A DNA stretch of 62,351 nucleotides, the filler included. It is 5 parts of 5 records of this genome, joined end to end, with 100 filler letters (N's around TTAATTAATTAA, not from the genome) between each part and the next. Parts side by side here need not be neighbours in the genome. Positions count along the whole stretch, not along the records: positions 1 to 17,302 come from SRR20825010_5472; positions 17,403 to 29,915 come from SRR20825010_5483; 3 more parts are not named here. One strand, given 5' to 3'. The notes under the pieces were generated by a model. That model searched no databases and had not been told where the DNA came from. It saw only the letters and a list, made by a program, of their open reading frames with translations. A program made the position numbers and the translations under genes. Below are positions 9,636-17,535 of the stretch, one piece after another. Every line of letters begins with the position of its first letter. Position 1 is the stretch's first letter.

Positions 9636-10409
9636 TTACTCGTCAACTTGAACAGTTGATCTTGATACGGAGCCGCGCAACGCCATCGGGCGTTGAAAGG
9701 AACGCCCGACTTCCGCAGAGTCAAATCGGTGATAGCGATCCAACAGCTTCTCAACAATGCGATGCTCGCCCACCACTGCGGTCAGCTCTGCGGTGCCGCC
9801 GACATTAAACGCCGAAAGCAAATGGCTTCGTTCAAATTCGATCAAACGTTTCGAAACGTTGTAATTGGCTGCAATCGCTTTGGTCGGCATACCTTCCATC
9901 ACGCAGTTAAGCACTTTGCGTTGGCGTTCAGTCAAACCATCCAAGATTCGGTTGCGTTTGCGATGTGCCTTTTCCATGCCCACTTGGAAACGGTCCCAAT
10001 CGATTGCTTGGCGAATATGATCCCGCAACGAACCGCTGAATTTCTGCGCGTTGTCCGCGGACTTCAACACGACCGTCCAGGCACCATTTTCAAAAGCGTG
10101 GACCACGGTTTCAATCGGCAATTCACCAGCAACCAGAATGAGCGGAGCACTGCAACTCGCTTCGGAAAGCGCCTTCTGCACCCGTTGAAAACCGTCGCCA
10201 ATCAGCTCAACGTCCACGACCAAACAACCAGGGCGTTCCAACCGACCTTCCGAGATCCATTCCAACAATTGATCACTCGAAGAACACGGTATGACCGACC
10301 AATCGGAGCCCGTCTCGATCATCGACTTCAGGTCGATCGTCGCGGTCTCTCCGTTTGTTTGTCGAGCCAATAAGAAAACTGCTGCACTCTCGTTCGCAGA
10401 ATCAATCAC
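9636..10409 (-). CDS. FixJ/LuxR-family response regulator with atypical receiver
   Basis: PGCLVVD, PLILVAG, AFENGA..LK receiver remnants; LTERQRKVLNCVMEGMPTKAIA LuxR HTH. Confidence 0.8.
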   Translation of the reverse strand: MIDSANESAAVFLLARQTNGETATIDLKSMIETGSDWSVIPCSSSDQLLEWISEGRLERPGCLVVDVELIGDGFQRVQKALSEASCSAPLILVAGELPIETVVHAFENGAWTVVLKSADNAQKFSGSLRDHIRQAIDWDRFQVGMEKAHRKRNRILDGLTERQRKVLNCVMEGMPTKAIAANYNVSKRLIEFERSHLLSAFNVGGTAELTAVVGEHRIVEKLLDRYHRFDSAEVGRSFQRPMALRGSVSRSTVQVDE

Positions 10410-11153
10410 GGTCAGCCCCTTCCCGATAATGGGATATCAAAGCCTTGAAAAACATCAGAAGTCGAACCCTCCCCACTTTCAAGTCAGTGGTGATGGTGAC
10501 CTGTCAAGGCTAGCACCTCGCTAGGGTCGCGTAACGGATGCTTATCCCGCAACAAAGTGCGCATTATCGCACTTCGAGAGCGACAACCGAAAGTTCCGGG
10601 CCCCCCGAAAGGTGTACGCCCATTCACTTCCCGGCCCAAAGAGACGATTCCGCTTGATAGCGATCCTCTAAATGTCTCCGGCAACCGCCCGTTCAAAACG
10701 ATCCGTCGCGAACGCAAAGAGGCGACGTATCATTGCGAGACCGATGGCTGATCGGCTTTGGATGCCACCGCGATTGAGTCGCCTGCCATCAAGTCGCAAT
10801 CTGAACCTTACCACAAATCTGCTGATGGCCTGCGCTGATCGCCACAGTCCACCTCGCAATGAGCGGACAAAGACATCCGAGGTGAGGCCGGCATGAACAG
10901 GTGACGATTTCAGTCACCGCAGACGATTGGCCGCAGCTGTCGGAAGAATTGCTAGGCGTTTAGTGCGATAGGCATACACACGCCGAGAGCAAGCCAATCA
11001 TTCTCTAATTCGCCGGCTTCAATGGTTCACTACCCACCACATCCGCTCATGGAGCGGAGTGCTGGAAAGCGACCATTTCAAATTGTCGATGCCGCCAAGA
11101 CAATTCGCCGTCATCGGTATCGCGATCAACAACGCCCCCACCGCCTCACCGTT

Positions 11154-11204
11154 CGACACGGCGACACATGATGTGACACAGCGACACCTGATGCGAAACG
11201 GCGA
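11154..11204 (+). repeat. 20-bp tandem repeat, about 2.5 copies
   Basis: CGACACGGCGACACATGATG / TGACACAGCGACACCTGATG / CGAAACGGCGA. Confidence 0.6.
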
Positions 11205-11253
11205 GGCTCATCAATATGGCGAAGGCCGATCGACGAACCGACGATCACCGTGC

Positions 11254-11589
11254 TTAGGAAACCAATTCGGCGGAGTCCGTGGACGCTTCGGCGGTCTTCT
11301 TTTCGCTCGCGCGACGGCGTCGTTTCTTCGGCTTCGTGATGCCCCACTCTTTCGTCAGCATTTCAAACACTTCAGGCGTTTCATAGCGAACGATGTTCTT
11401 GCCTTCAGGCATTGGTCCGATCAAGCCACGGAATACCGGCATCCCACGAAGAGCGAGGTCAGTGCTGCAGTCATCAATTCCGACTTGCTCGTGATGGTCC
11501 GTCAAAGGATCGAGCGACGTGTAATCGCGAATCTGAAGTGAACCGTCTCTGCCGCGAGCAACGACGCGAAAAGTATCTTTTTTGGTCAT
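11254..11589 (-). CDS. Hypothetical protein (111 aa) with basic C-terminal patch
   Basis: ATG 11589 preceded by purine-rich GGAATG; globular-looking sequence ending KPKKRRRR. Confidence 0.65.
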   Translation of the reverse strand: MTKKDTFRVVARGRDGSLQIRDYTSLDPLTDHHEQVGIDDCSTDLALRGMPVFRGLIGPMPEGKNIVRYETPEVFEMLTKEWGITKPKKRRRRASEKKTAEASTDSAELVS

Positions 11590-11936
11590 GGCGGAATCAT
11601 TCCGTTGGAGAGGTGAAAGCAAATCAATCCGATGGCGGCGAAAATGGGGAGGTCACCGCCGCGAAACTGATTTCATCGGTGCCATGAAACTCTTATCGAC
11701 CATCGATGATGCAAACCCAAAGAACTGACGATTGCCCGATGCACATGGAATCGCCGCTTTGACATGCGTGACCGGTCGAACACGCCCCCTCCGAACAATC
11801 GTCGCAGTTGATTCCATCAACCGATCGTCAATTGCCAAGGCTGCAAAGCTCACAACACCTTCTCCCAATCACAATTTGCCATCGTTCTACCGTTGACTGT
11901 CCTTATCAACCTCAACGACAGACGCAATCTCGTGCC

Positions 11937-12680
11937 ATGCCCAACTCAAAATACTTCGTCGTCGGTGCCGGTGGCGGCATCGGCACCGAACTCTGCAAAC
12001 AACTCGTCGCGACTGGTCATCAAGTGATGCTGGTCGGCAGAAACGAAGCTAAATTGCAGACACTCGCCAATGAACTTCAACAACCTTTTCAAGTCTGCGA
12101 CGGAACTGATTGGGACGGATTGGCCGGAGTCGCAGACTACACGCTCGAACACTTCGGCGGACTTGACGGCGCAGTCAACTTGGCCGGATCAATCCTGTTG
12201 AAACCAGCTCACCTGACCAGCAAAGATGAGTTGCAATCAGTGATCGAAGCCAATCTGATCACCGCATTCGGATTGGTTCGTACGATGGCACCTCGATTGA
12301 AAAAGCAAGGCGGCGGCTCGATCGTTTTGATGTCCAGCGGTGGTGCCGCAATCGGGCTCACCAGTCACGAAGCGATCGCCGCGGCGAAGGCCGGCGTAGC
12401 CGCCATGGCTCGAGCCGCCGCGGCAACCTATGCAGCCAGTAACGTTCGCATCAACACCGTTGCACCGGGCTTGGTCGAAACCGAATTGACCGCCCGGATT
12501 TGGCAGAACGAACGTTCCGCTGATGCCAGTCGAGCCATGCATCCGATGGGTCGTCTTGGTAAACCGGAGGACATCGCCTCGATGATCGCATGGCTGCTGG
12601 CTCCTGAGAACTCGTGGATCACCGGTCAAGACATCGCGGTCGATGGCGGACTCAGTTCGATCAAATCAGCCACTCGCTGA
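11937..12680 (+). CDS. SDR-family oxidoreductase (atypical active site)
   Basis: GAGGGIG Rossmann motif, NLAG, NTVAPG, GRLGKPED, WITGQ..VDGG; IxxxK in place of YxxxK. Confidence 0.9.
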   Translation: MPNSKYFVVGAGGGIGTELCKQLVATGHQVMLVGRNEAKLQTLANELQQPFQVCDGTDWDGLAGVADYTLEHFGGLDGAVNLAGSILLKPAHLTSKDELQSVIEANLITAFGLVRTMAPRLKKQGGGSIVLMSSGGAAIGLTSHEAIAAAKAGVAAMARAAAATYAASNVRINTVAPGLVETELTARIWQNERSADASRAMHPMGRLGKPEDIASMIAWLLAPENSWITGQDIAVDGGLSSIKSATR

Positions 12681-13232
12681 TTCGAGTTGCATCCGCAAAT
12701 AGCTTCGCGACTCGGGTGATTTCAACCCGAGCTCCGAAGCCAAATCGAGGACTTCCTCGCGAGCCTTTTCGACCGCTTCGTCGCTCGGTGAACTTTCGTG
12801 CAACACACGTTCAATCTCTGCAAATTCGCCTAACCCTTCGACACGGTCGATCGTAACCGTCATCGGATTTGACGATCCGAGATGAAACGTCTCACGCTGC
12901 TTCGTCACCGTCGCGACCTTACGGAAGCCGAGCCGATCAAACAGCGTCTCCATCGACTCGCCTGTCGGATCGCCTGGATCTAAACGCCACTCCAATTCTT
13001 CCCGTGCTTTGACCGCACCCGGCCGCTTGGAGCCTTTGTAGGTCACCAGGGGCGTTCCATCGATTCGTCGAACCCGCAGCGCTTCCCCGGACTCCGCGAA
13101 GTCACGCGACGGATGGTTGTAGTAGGTGTCCTGATTCTCGTTTTCCGAAACCAACACCGCGTCATTCTCCGCCAATCGTTCGCGCAGTTCGCTGACATCG
13201 CCAACGCGAAACTTCAATTCGATTTCAAACAT
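12666..13232 (-). CDS. cyaB: CYTH-domain protein (class IV adenylate cyclase CyaB-like)
   Basis: MFEIELKF ExExK signature, QDTYY, ALRVR, TYKG, K-x-R, DRVEGLGEFAEIE, RSY. Confidence 0.85.
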   Translation of the reverse strand: MFEIELKFRVGDVSELRERLAENDAVLVSENENQDTYYNHPSRDFAESGEALRVRRIDGTPLVTYKGSKRPGAVKAREELEWRLDPGDPTGESMETLFDRLGFRKVATVTKQRETFHLGSSNPMTVTIDRVEGLGEFAEIERVLHESSPSDEAVEKAREEVLDLASELGLKSPESRSYLRMQLESASG

Positions 13233-13299
13233 CCGTACTCTTTTGCTTTCCGTGACAGTTCAATTTAGAAACTTGCTTGCGGCGTTCCATGATCAATAT

Positions 13300-14187
13300 C
13301 TAGCGAACGTTCAAACGGACCAAGGGAGCAGGACTGCCCTCGCTGGTGACCCAGACGTTTGATCCCGAATCAACCGCGATCGCTTCGATCTGTTTTAATT
13401 TCGGCAAGTCAAACGCCACAGGGGTTTGTGACATCTGAGTTTTCAGCGTGATGTGACCTGCCTTGGCAAATTTGATTGCTTGCCAATAAGTCGAGACCCA
13501 AACGTCGCCCGTCACCGGATCGCGATCCGCGGCGGTCGCCAACGCTAGCGGCAACCGCTGGATTAGCTCAGCGACGAGATCGGTGCTCAATTCTTCGTTG
13601 CCTCCATCCTTCAATGCAACACGGTAAAGGCCCACCCAAGGCGTGAACCTCTTGCACAACAGAATCAATCCTTGGGACGGCTCATCGAACCAGATTGCCT
13701 CGCAATCCTGAGCACCGTCGGGATATTTGATGCGAAGGACACGGACGTTTTCGCGAGTTACGACGCCAGACTTCCTGGGATCCATTTCATCGATCACCAG
13801 CAATTCGATGTGGTCGCGTCGCTTTTGATTGTCACCGGAATCAGCAATCACCAACCTCGCTGGGCCACCGGCATTGACAGGTGGAAGCATGGCGAGGTCT
13901 TCCCAGTCGACTGCGGTGACACCTTGCAGATCCCATTGCCCTGTCGCCTCGCCGGTCTTCGCATCGAACGCAAACAACCTTGCGTGATCACCCGAATCAT
14001 TGTGTGACCAAATGCAGCTTGGGTCAGTTGATGAGAACACCATTCCGCTGCTTTCACTCAACTCCGGATCGGCCAACGTGATTGAAATGACCGCAGGTTC
14101 GTCCGCGCGTAAATTGGCCTGCGTAGCAATTGCAACCAACATCCACGCTAGCGTCGCTGCATCAAAGTGAATTCGACGAGTTGTCAC
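13300..14187 (-). CDS. Secreted beta-propeller-like protein
   Basis: Signal-like N-terminus; ESSG, WSHNDSG, DWEDLA, ADSGDN, YPDGAQDCEA, QIEAIA, TSEG motifs typical of SdiA-regulated/phytase-like propellers. Confidence 0.6.
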   Translation of the reverse strand: MTTRRIHFDAATLAWMLVAIATQANLRADEPAVISITLADPELSESSGMVFSSTDPSCIWSHNDSGDHARLFAFDAKTGEATGQWDLQGVTAVDWEDLAMLPPVNAGGPARLVIADSGDNQKRRDHIELLVIDEMDPRKSGVVTRENVRVLRIKYPDGAQDCEAIWFDEPSQGLILLCKRFTPWVGLYRVALKDGGNEELSTDLVAELIQRLPLALATAADRDPVTGDVWVSTYWQAIKFAKAGHITLKTQMSQTPVAFDLPKLKQIEAIAVDSGSNVWVTSEGSPAPLVRLNVR

Positions 14188-14202
14188 AAACGTTTCCCTG
14201 AC

Positions 14203-15330
14203 TCAATCATTCGGAAGGGGACAGACATCACTTGAGTCGGGCGTAATTCGTAGCGGGACTTGTTCCAGTATTTCTCGCATGCCCATTGCCGTCTGGTGCA
14301 GTCCGTCATGAGGTGCCAACGCTCCCGTGACCGCAACTCGCCCGATCCCCGACTGTGCGACCTGTTCGATGTTACCCAAACCGATGCCTCCGATCGCGAA
14401 TGCGGGCAACGTCAATTCACCGGACCGTTCGGCATCGCTGACCTGCGCCAAGAACTCACAACCAGGAAAGCGATCGAACGATTTGGTTTTGCCGGGGAAC
14501 GTTGGTCCGCATCCGATGTAATTCGCCGTGGTGCGAGTGGCCAGGCGAACTTGTTCGATGCTGTGAGTCGACAATCCAATCAAATGCTCTGGTCCCACGA
14601 CTTCTCGAACGGCATCCACCGGCACTTCCTCTTGTCCGACATGAACACCATCGGCACCGGATGCCACCGCGATGTCGGCACGATCATTGATGATCCAAAG
14701 GACCTCTCGCTCCGCCGCAATCGCCGCCCCGAGTTTGGCTTGTTCAAACAACGTACGGTCGTCGACGCTTGAATCGCGAAGCTGAATCACATCGACGCCT
14801 GCATCAACCAACTCCGCGATCCGAGCTTTCAGACAATCCGCATTGGGCTCGCAAGCGATCAAGGCATACAGGCGGGCTTCTACCAATTTTCGCGAACGTT
14901 CGTTCAGCCCAGCCATCTTCAGCTCTAATTCACGGAAGGTGGCATAGCACTGATAGCGGATCGACTCAATACAAGCGGCGAATTCGGAGTCCGCCGTCTT
15001 TCCGTACTCTTCCAGACACCGCAAAGCTTGCTGGGTCCGAGTCGTCGCGGCCGCGATCACGGAAGACAGATCCGCTCGCGATTGTTCGCTGGCGGTTCGG
15101 ACGTCGGTACCAACGTCGCCAGGCGTGTCGCGAGAACCGATCAACTGAAACCGATTCCAACGTCGCATCGCGACCGCTAGATCGTGCCGGTGCGTCTTCA
15201 ACCGCTCCGTCAGACTAAGATCGTTTAAGATGAAGCGAGCGGATTCTTCGAGCGTCCGAAGGCCTTCACCGGCGCGATTCGCGTTGGCATCCAAGATTCT
15301 CAATACGATTCTGGATTCGGCATTCGTCAT
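14203..15330 (-). CDS. thiE: Thiamine-phosphate synthase, long form with N-terminal helical (ThiD2-type) domain
   Basis: RILDANANRAGEGLRTLEE and RDTPGDVG N-domain; QLRD, INDR, HVGQEE, GLSTHS, GPTF..KTK, AIGGI. Confidence 0.92.
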   Translation of the reverse strand: MTNAESRIVLRILDANANRAGEGLRTLEESARFILNDLSLTERLKTHRHDLAVAMRRWNRFQLIGSRDTPGDVGTDVRTASEQSRADLSSVIAAATTRTQQALRCLEEYGKTADSEFAACIESIRYQCYATFRELELKMAGLNERSRKLVEARLYALIACEPNADCLKARIAELVDAGVDVIQLRDSSVDDRTLFEQAKLGAAIAAEREVLWIINDRADIAVASGADGVHVGQEEVPVDAVREVVGPEHLIGLSTHSIEQVRLATRTTANYIGCGPTFPGKTKSFDRFPGCEFLAQVSDAERSGELTLPAFAIGGIGLGNIEQVAQSGIGRVAVTGALAPHDGLHQTAMGMREILEQVPLRITPDSSDVCPLPND

Positions 15331-15400
15331 TCGTTTCGTTGCTCACTTTGTTTTTTGAACATGCATCTCACCTTCCAATCACCCCACTGACCGGCCCGCC

Positions 15401-16153
15401 ATGTCCATTCGTCGCCTCAGCTTCTTCACTGCGTTCGTCTTGTCGATCGCTAGTGCCCTGCCATCCGTTTTGCTCTCCACCGGACATGCTGATCAACCGA
15501 CCCAAAAGTCATCTCCACGTCAAGCACGAGCGAACGACCCGTTCGCTCCCCCCAAACTCGATCCATCACTTCCCAACGTTCTGTTGATTGGTGATTCCAT
15601 TTCGATCAGTTACATGCTGGATGCCCGACGAGCCTTGGAAGGCAAAGCCAACGTGTTCCGTCCGGGAACGAACTGTGGCCCAACGACTCGCGGTCTCGAA
15701 CAACTGGATTCGTGGTTAGGTGACCGCAAGTGGGATGTGATCCACTTCAATTTTGGTTTGCACGATTTGAAATTCATGGGCCCCAACGGGAAAAATCTCG
15801 CTGATCCGAAACTGCCAACCAGCAAACGGCAAGTCCCACTCGAAGAATACTCCGCCAACCTGGAAACGATCGCGAAAAAGCTGAAAGCAACCGGCGCGAC
15901 GGTGATCTGGCGAGAGACCACCCCCGTTCCCGAAGGAGCCGGTGGTCGATTGCCAGAGGATGGCCCGATTTACAACGAAGCGGCAGCCAAGGTGATGGAA
16001 TCGGTCGGCGGCATTCAAACCGATCCATTTTACGACTTTGCTATGCAACACGCCTCAACGCAGCGCAAAGCCAACGTGCACTACACACCAGCGGGTTCCA
16101 AATTGCTCGGTCAACACGTCGCCGAAATCGTCGTCAAAGCGTTGAAGCAATAA
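15401..16153 (+). CDS. Secreted SGNH/GDSL hydrolase
   Basis: Signal peptide, LIGDSIS block I, NFGLHD block III, NVHY block V. Confidence 0.88.
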   Translation: MSIRRLSFFTAFVLSIASALPSVLLSTGHADQPTQKSSPRQARANDPFAPPKLDPSLPNVLLIGDSISISYMLDARRALEGKANVFRPGTNCGPTTRGLEQLDSWLGDRKWDVIHFNFGLHDLKFMGPNGKNLADPKLPTSKRQVPLEEYSANLETIAKKLKATGATVIWRETTPVPEGAGGRLPEDGPIYNEAAAKVMESVGGIQTDPFYDFAMQHASTQRKANVHYTPAGSKLLGQHVAEIVVKALKQ

Positions 16154-16159
16154 TACGCC

Positions 16160-16217
16160 CCAGTCGGCATACGTCTTCCAGCCTGTGGATAGACACGGTG
16201 GAAGACTTGGCGACTGG
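16160..16217. repeat. REP-like palindromic element
   Basis: CCAGTCG/CGACTGG and GTCTTCCA/TGGAAGAC arms; core GGCAT..CTTCCAGCCTGT resembles planctomycete REP sequences as I recall them. Confidence 0.55.
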
Positions 16218-16256
16218 CATCGATCCTGCAAGCAATCGCGTTTTAGGTTGTCGTAC

Positions 16257-16520
16257 CTAAACGCGAATTAGACTGGTCAGCTTGTTTCTAAGCAGAGACA
16301 GCATTGGCCAGGAAACCCATCCCCAGCCCAACGCCATTGAGAAAAGGATGACGGGATCGACGGTCCATGTCACGGACATTCCCAGCGAACAAAGTGTCAT
16401 CAATGCCAGCAAGACGGCGACGGGAAAGCGTTCAACGACGAAGTCTTTCTTTGGTTCCTCCGCTTCGATGTCGCTCGTTTGCTGGTACGGGTTTGGTCGC
16501 AGCACATCACCATCTGGCAT
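16257..16520 (-). CDS. Small 2-TM membrane protein with NPY motif
   Basis: ATG 16520; NPYQ motif near the N-terminus (common in planctomycete small membrane proteins) followed by two hydrophobic segments. Confidence 0.5.
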   Translation of the reverse strand: MPDGDVLRPNPYQQTSDIEAEEPKKDFVVERFPVAVLLALMTLCSLGMSVTWTVDPVILFSMALGWGWVSWPMLSLLRNKLTSLIRV

Positions 16521-16651
16521 GAGTCGGAATGAATCGAAACGGACACGAACGCTTCGTTCCAAAACGTCGCTCAAGTTTTTCGGCTTTGATCCACGCGACA
16601 GGGTCGGTCATGAACCCAATGGCCATCGATCACGATTCGGACCAGAAACAC

Positions 16652-16693
16652 AAAAAAGCGAACGTCCGCACCTGCTGACGTTCGCTTCGTTTT
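16652..16693 (-). terminator. Intrinsic terminator (probably bidirectional)
   Basis: AAAAAAGCGAACGTC-loop-GACGTTCGCTT-CGTTTT downstream of the minus-strand lipoprotein gene. Confidence 0.7.
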
Positions 16694-16803
16694 GGAATCG
16701 AATTCTTATTGTGGTCCTGCTTCTTGCTGACATGACACCGAGCGTTGTCAAACTCGATTCAGTCACTGGCGCCGCGAGAGATCGGTGACCAGCGTGAACG
16801 AAC

Positions 16804-16977
16804 CTATTGCTGATTCAAAGCTTCTTCCATCGCATCGTTGTATTCGTCTTCTGTCATTCCATCCATGGAAGATTCCTCACTGACGGGAGGTGCTTCGACA
16901 ACGCTACTCTCGTTTTCACAGCCAACAGGAATTGAAAACAACAAGGCAACGAATGCCGCGAGTGTGAGCTTTTGCAT
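16804..16977 (-). CDS. Small acidic lipoprotein (57 aa)
   Basis: MQKLTLAAFVALLFSIPVG|C lipobox, then an acidic low-complexity tail. Confidence 0.7.
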   Translation of the reverse strand: MQKLTLAAFVALLFSIPVGCENESSVVEAPPVSEESSMDGMTEDEYNDAMEEALNQQ

Positions 16978-17230
16978 GACAATTGATTCGCTTGAGTGAA
17001 GAGAAAATGTTCGCCTAAACAGAGCTTTCGCAGAAAGTTGTTTACCGGTGGTTTCAAGATGACCTGAGCCCAACCGCCATGGCAACGCGCAAAAAAACAA
17101 CGAAAATGCGTAAATTGCATCGTTGTAGCGACTGTTTCTCACGGGGTACGGTGTCTGCCTCTATAGAGGCGTGATAGGGTTTAGCAACCCCGCCTTTTCT
17201 TTTTTTGCTCTTCTGAAGTGGAGATACCGT

Positions 17231-17302
17231 ATGAATTCCCAGACACAGAAGTCCGCTGGGTTCACACTCGTGGAACTCCTGGTCGTCATCGCGATCATTG
17301 GA
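17231..17302 (+). CDS. Prepilin-type N-terminal methylation domain protein, probably DUF1559 (5' fragment, cut by contig end)
   Basis: Not in ORF track. GGAG RBS then MNSQTQKSAG|FTLVELLVVIAIIG. Confidence 0.85.
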
Positions 17303-17402
17303 NNNNNNNNNNNNNNNNNNNNNNNNNNNNNNNNNNNNNNNNNNNNTTAATTAATTAANNNNNNNNNNNNNNNNNNNNNNNNNNNNNNNNNNNNNNNNNN
17401 NN
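17303..17402. other. Artificial contig linker
   Basis: 44 N + TTAATTAATTAA (stops in all six frames) + 44 N. Confidence 0.99.
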
Positions 17403-17431
17403 TGGCGTCCTAACCGATAGACGAAGGGCGC
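17403..17431 (-). tRNA. tRNA-Glu, 5' 29 nt only (truncated at contig end)
   Basis: Minus strand GCGCCCTTCGTCTATCGGTTAGGACGCCA = acceptor 5' strand plus D-arm of alphaproteobacterial tRNA-Glu. Anticodon not in the window, so identity rests on recalled similarity. Confidence 0.8.
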
Positions 17432-17466
17432 ACGAAGCGCTGGGTCTGTGAGGACCGCTGACGGGG

Positions 17467-17495
17467 CTTATAAGGGGCGAATTGCCGTCTGACAA
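17467..17495 (-). promoter_or_regulatory. Sigma70 promoter for the tRNA
   Basis: Minus strand TTGTCA-N17-TATAAG followed by GC-rich discriminator CCCCG. Confidence 0.7.
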
Positions 17496-17535
17496 GACCG
17501 TTCCGCATTCAAAATATGCTTTTCTGCACAGGTTT

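Noticed and set aside
11154-11204. Tandem repeat as a mini-CRISPR
   Set aside because: Units abut with no spacers, only 2.5 copies, and no cas genes anywhere in the window.
15331-15400. TPP riboswitch upstream of thiE
   Set aside because: Only 70 bp of divergent intergenic space and no CTGAGA...ACCTG core visible.
17347-17358. TTAATTAATTAA recurring four times as a possible repeat family or att site
   Set aside because: Always centred in 88 Ns; it is a synthetic six-frame-stop linker.
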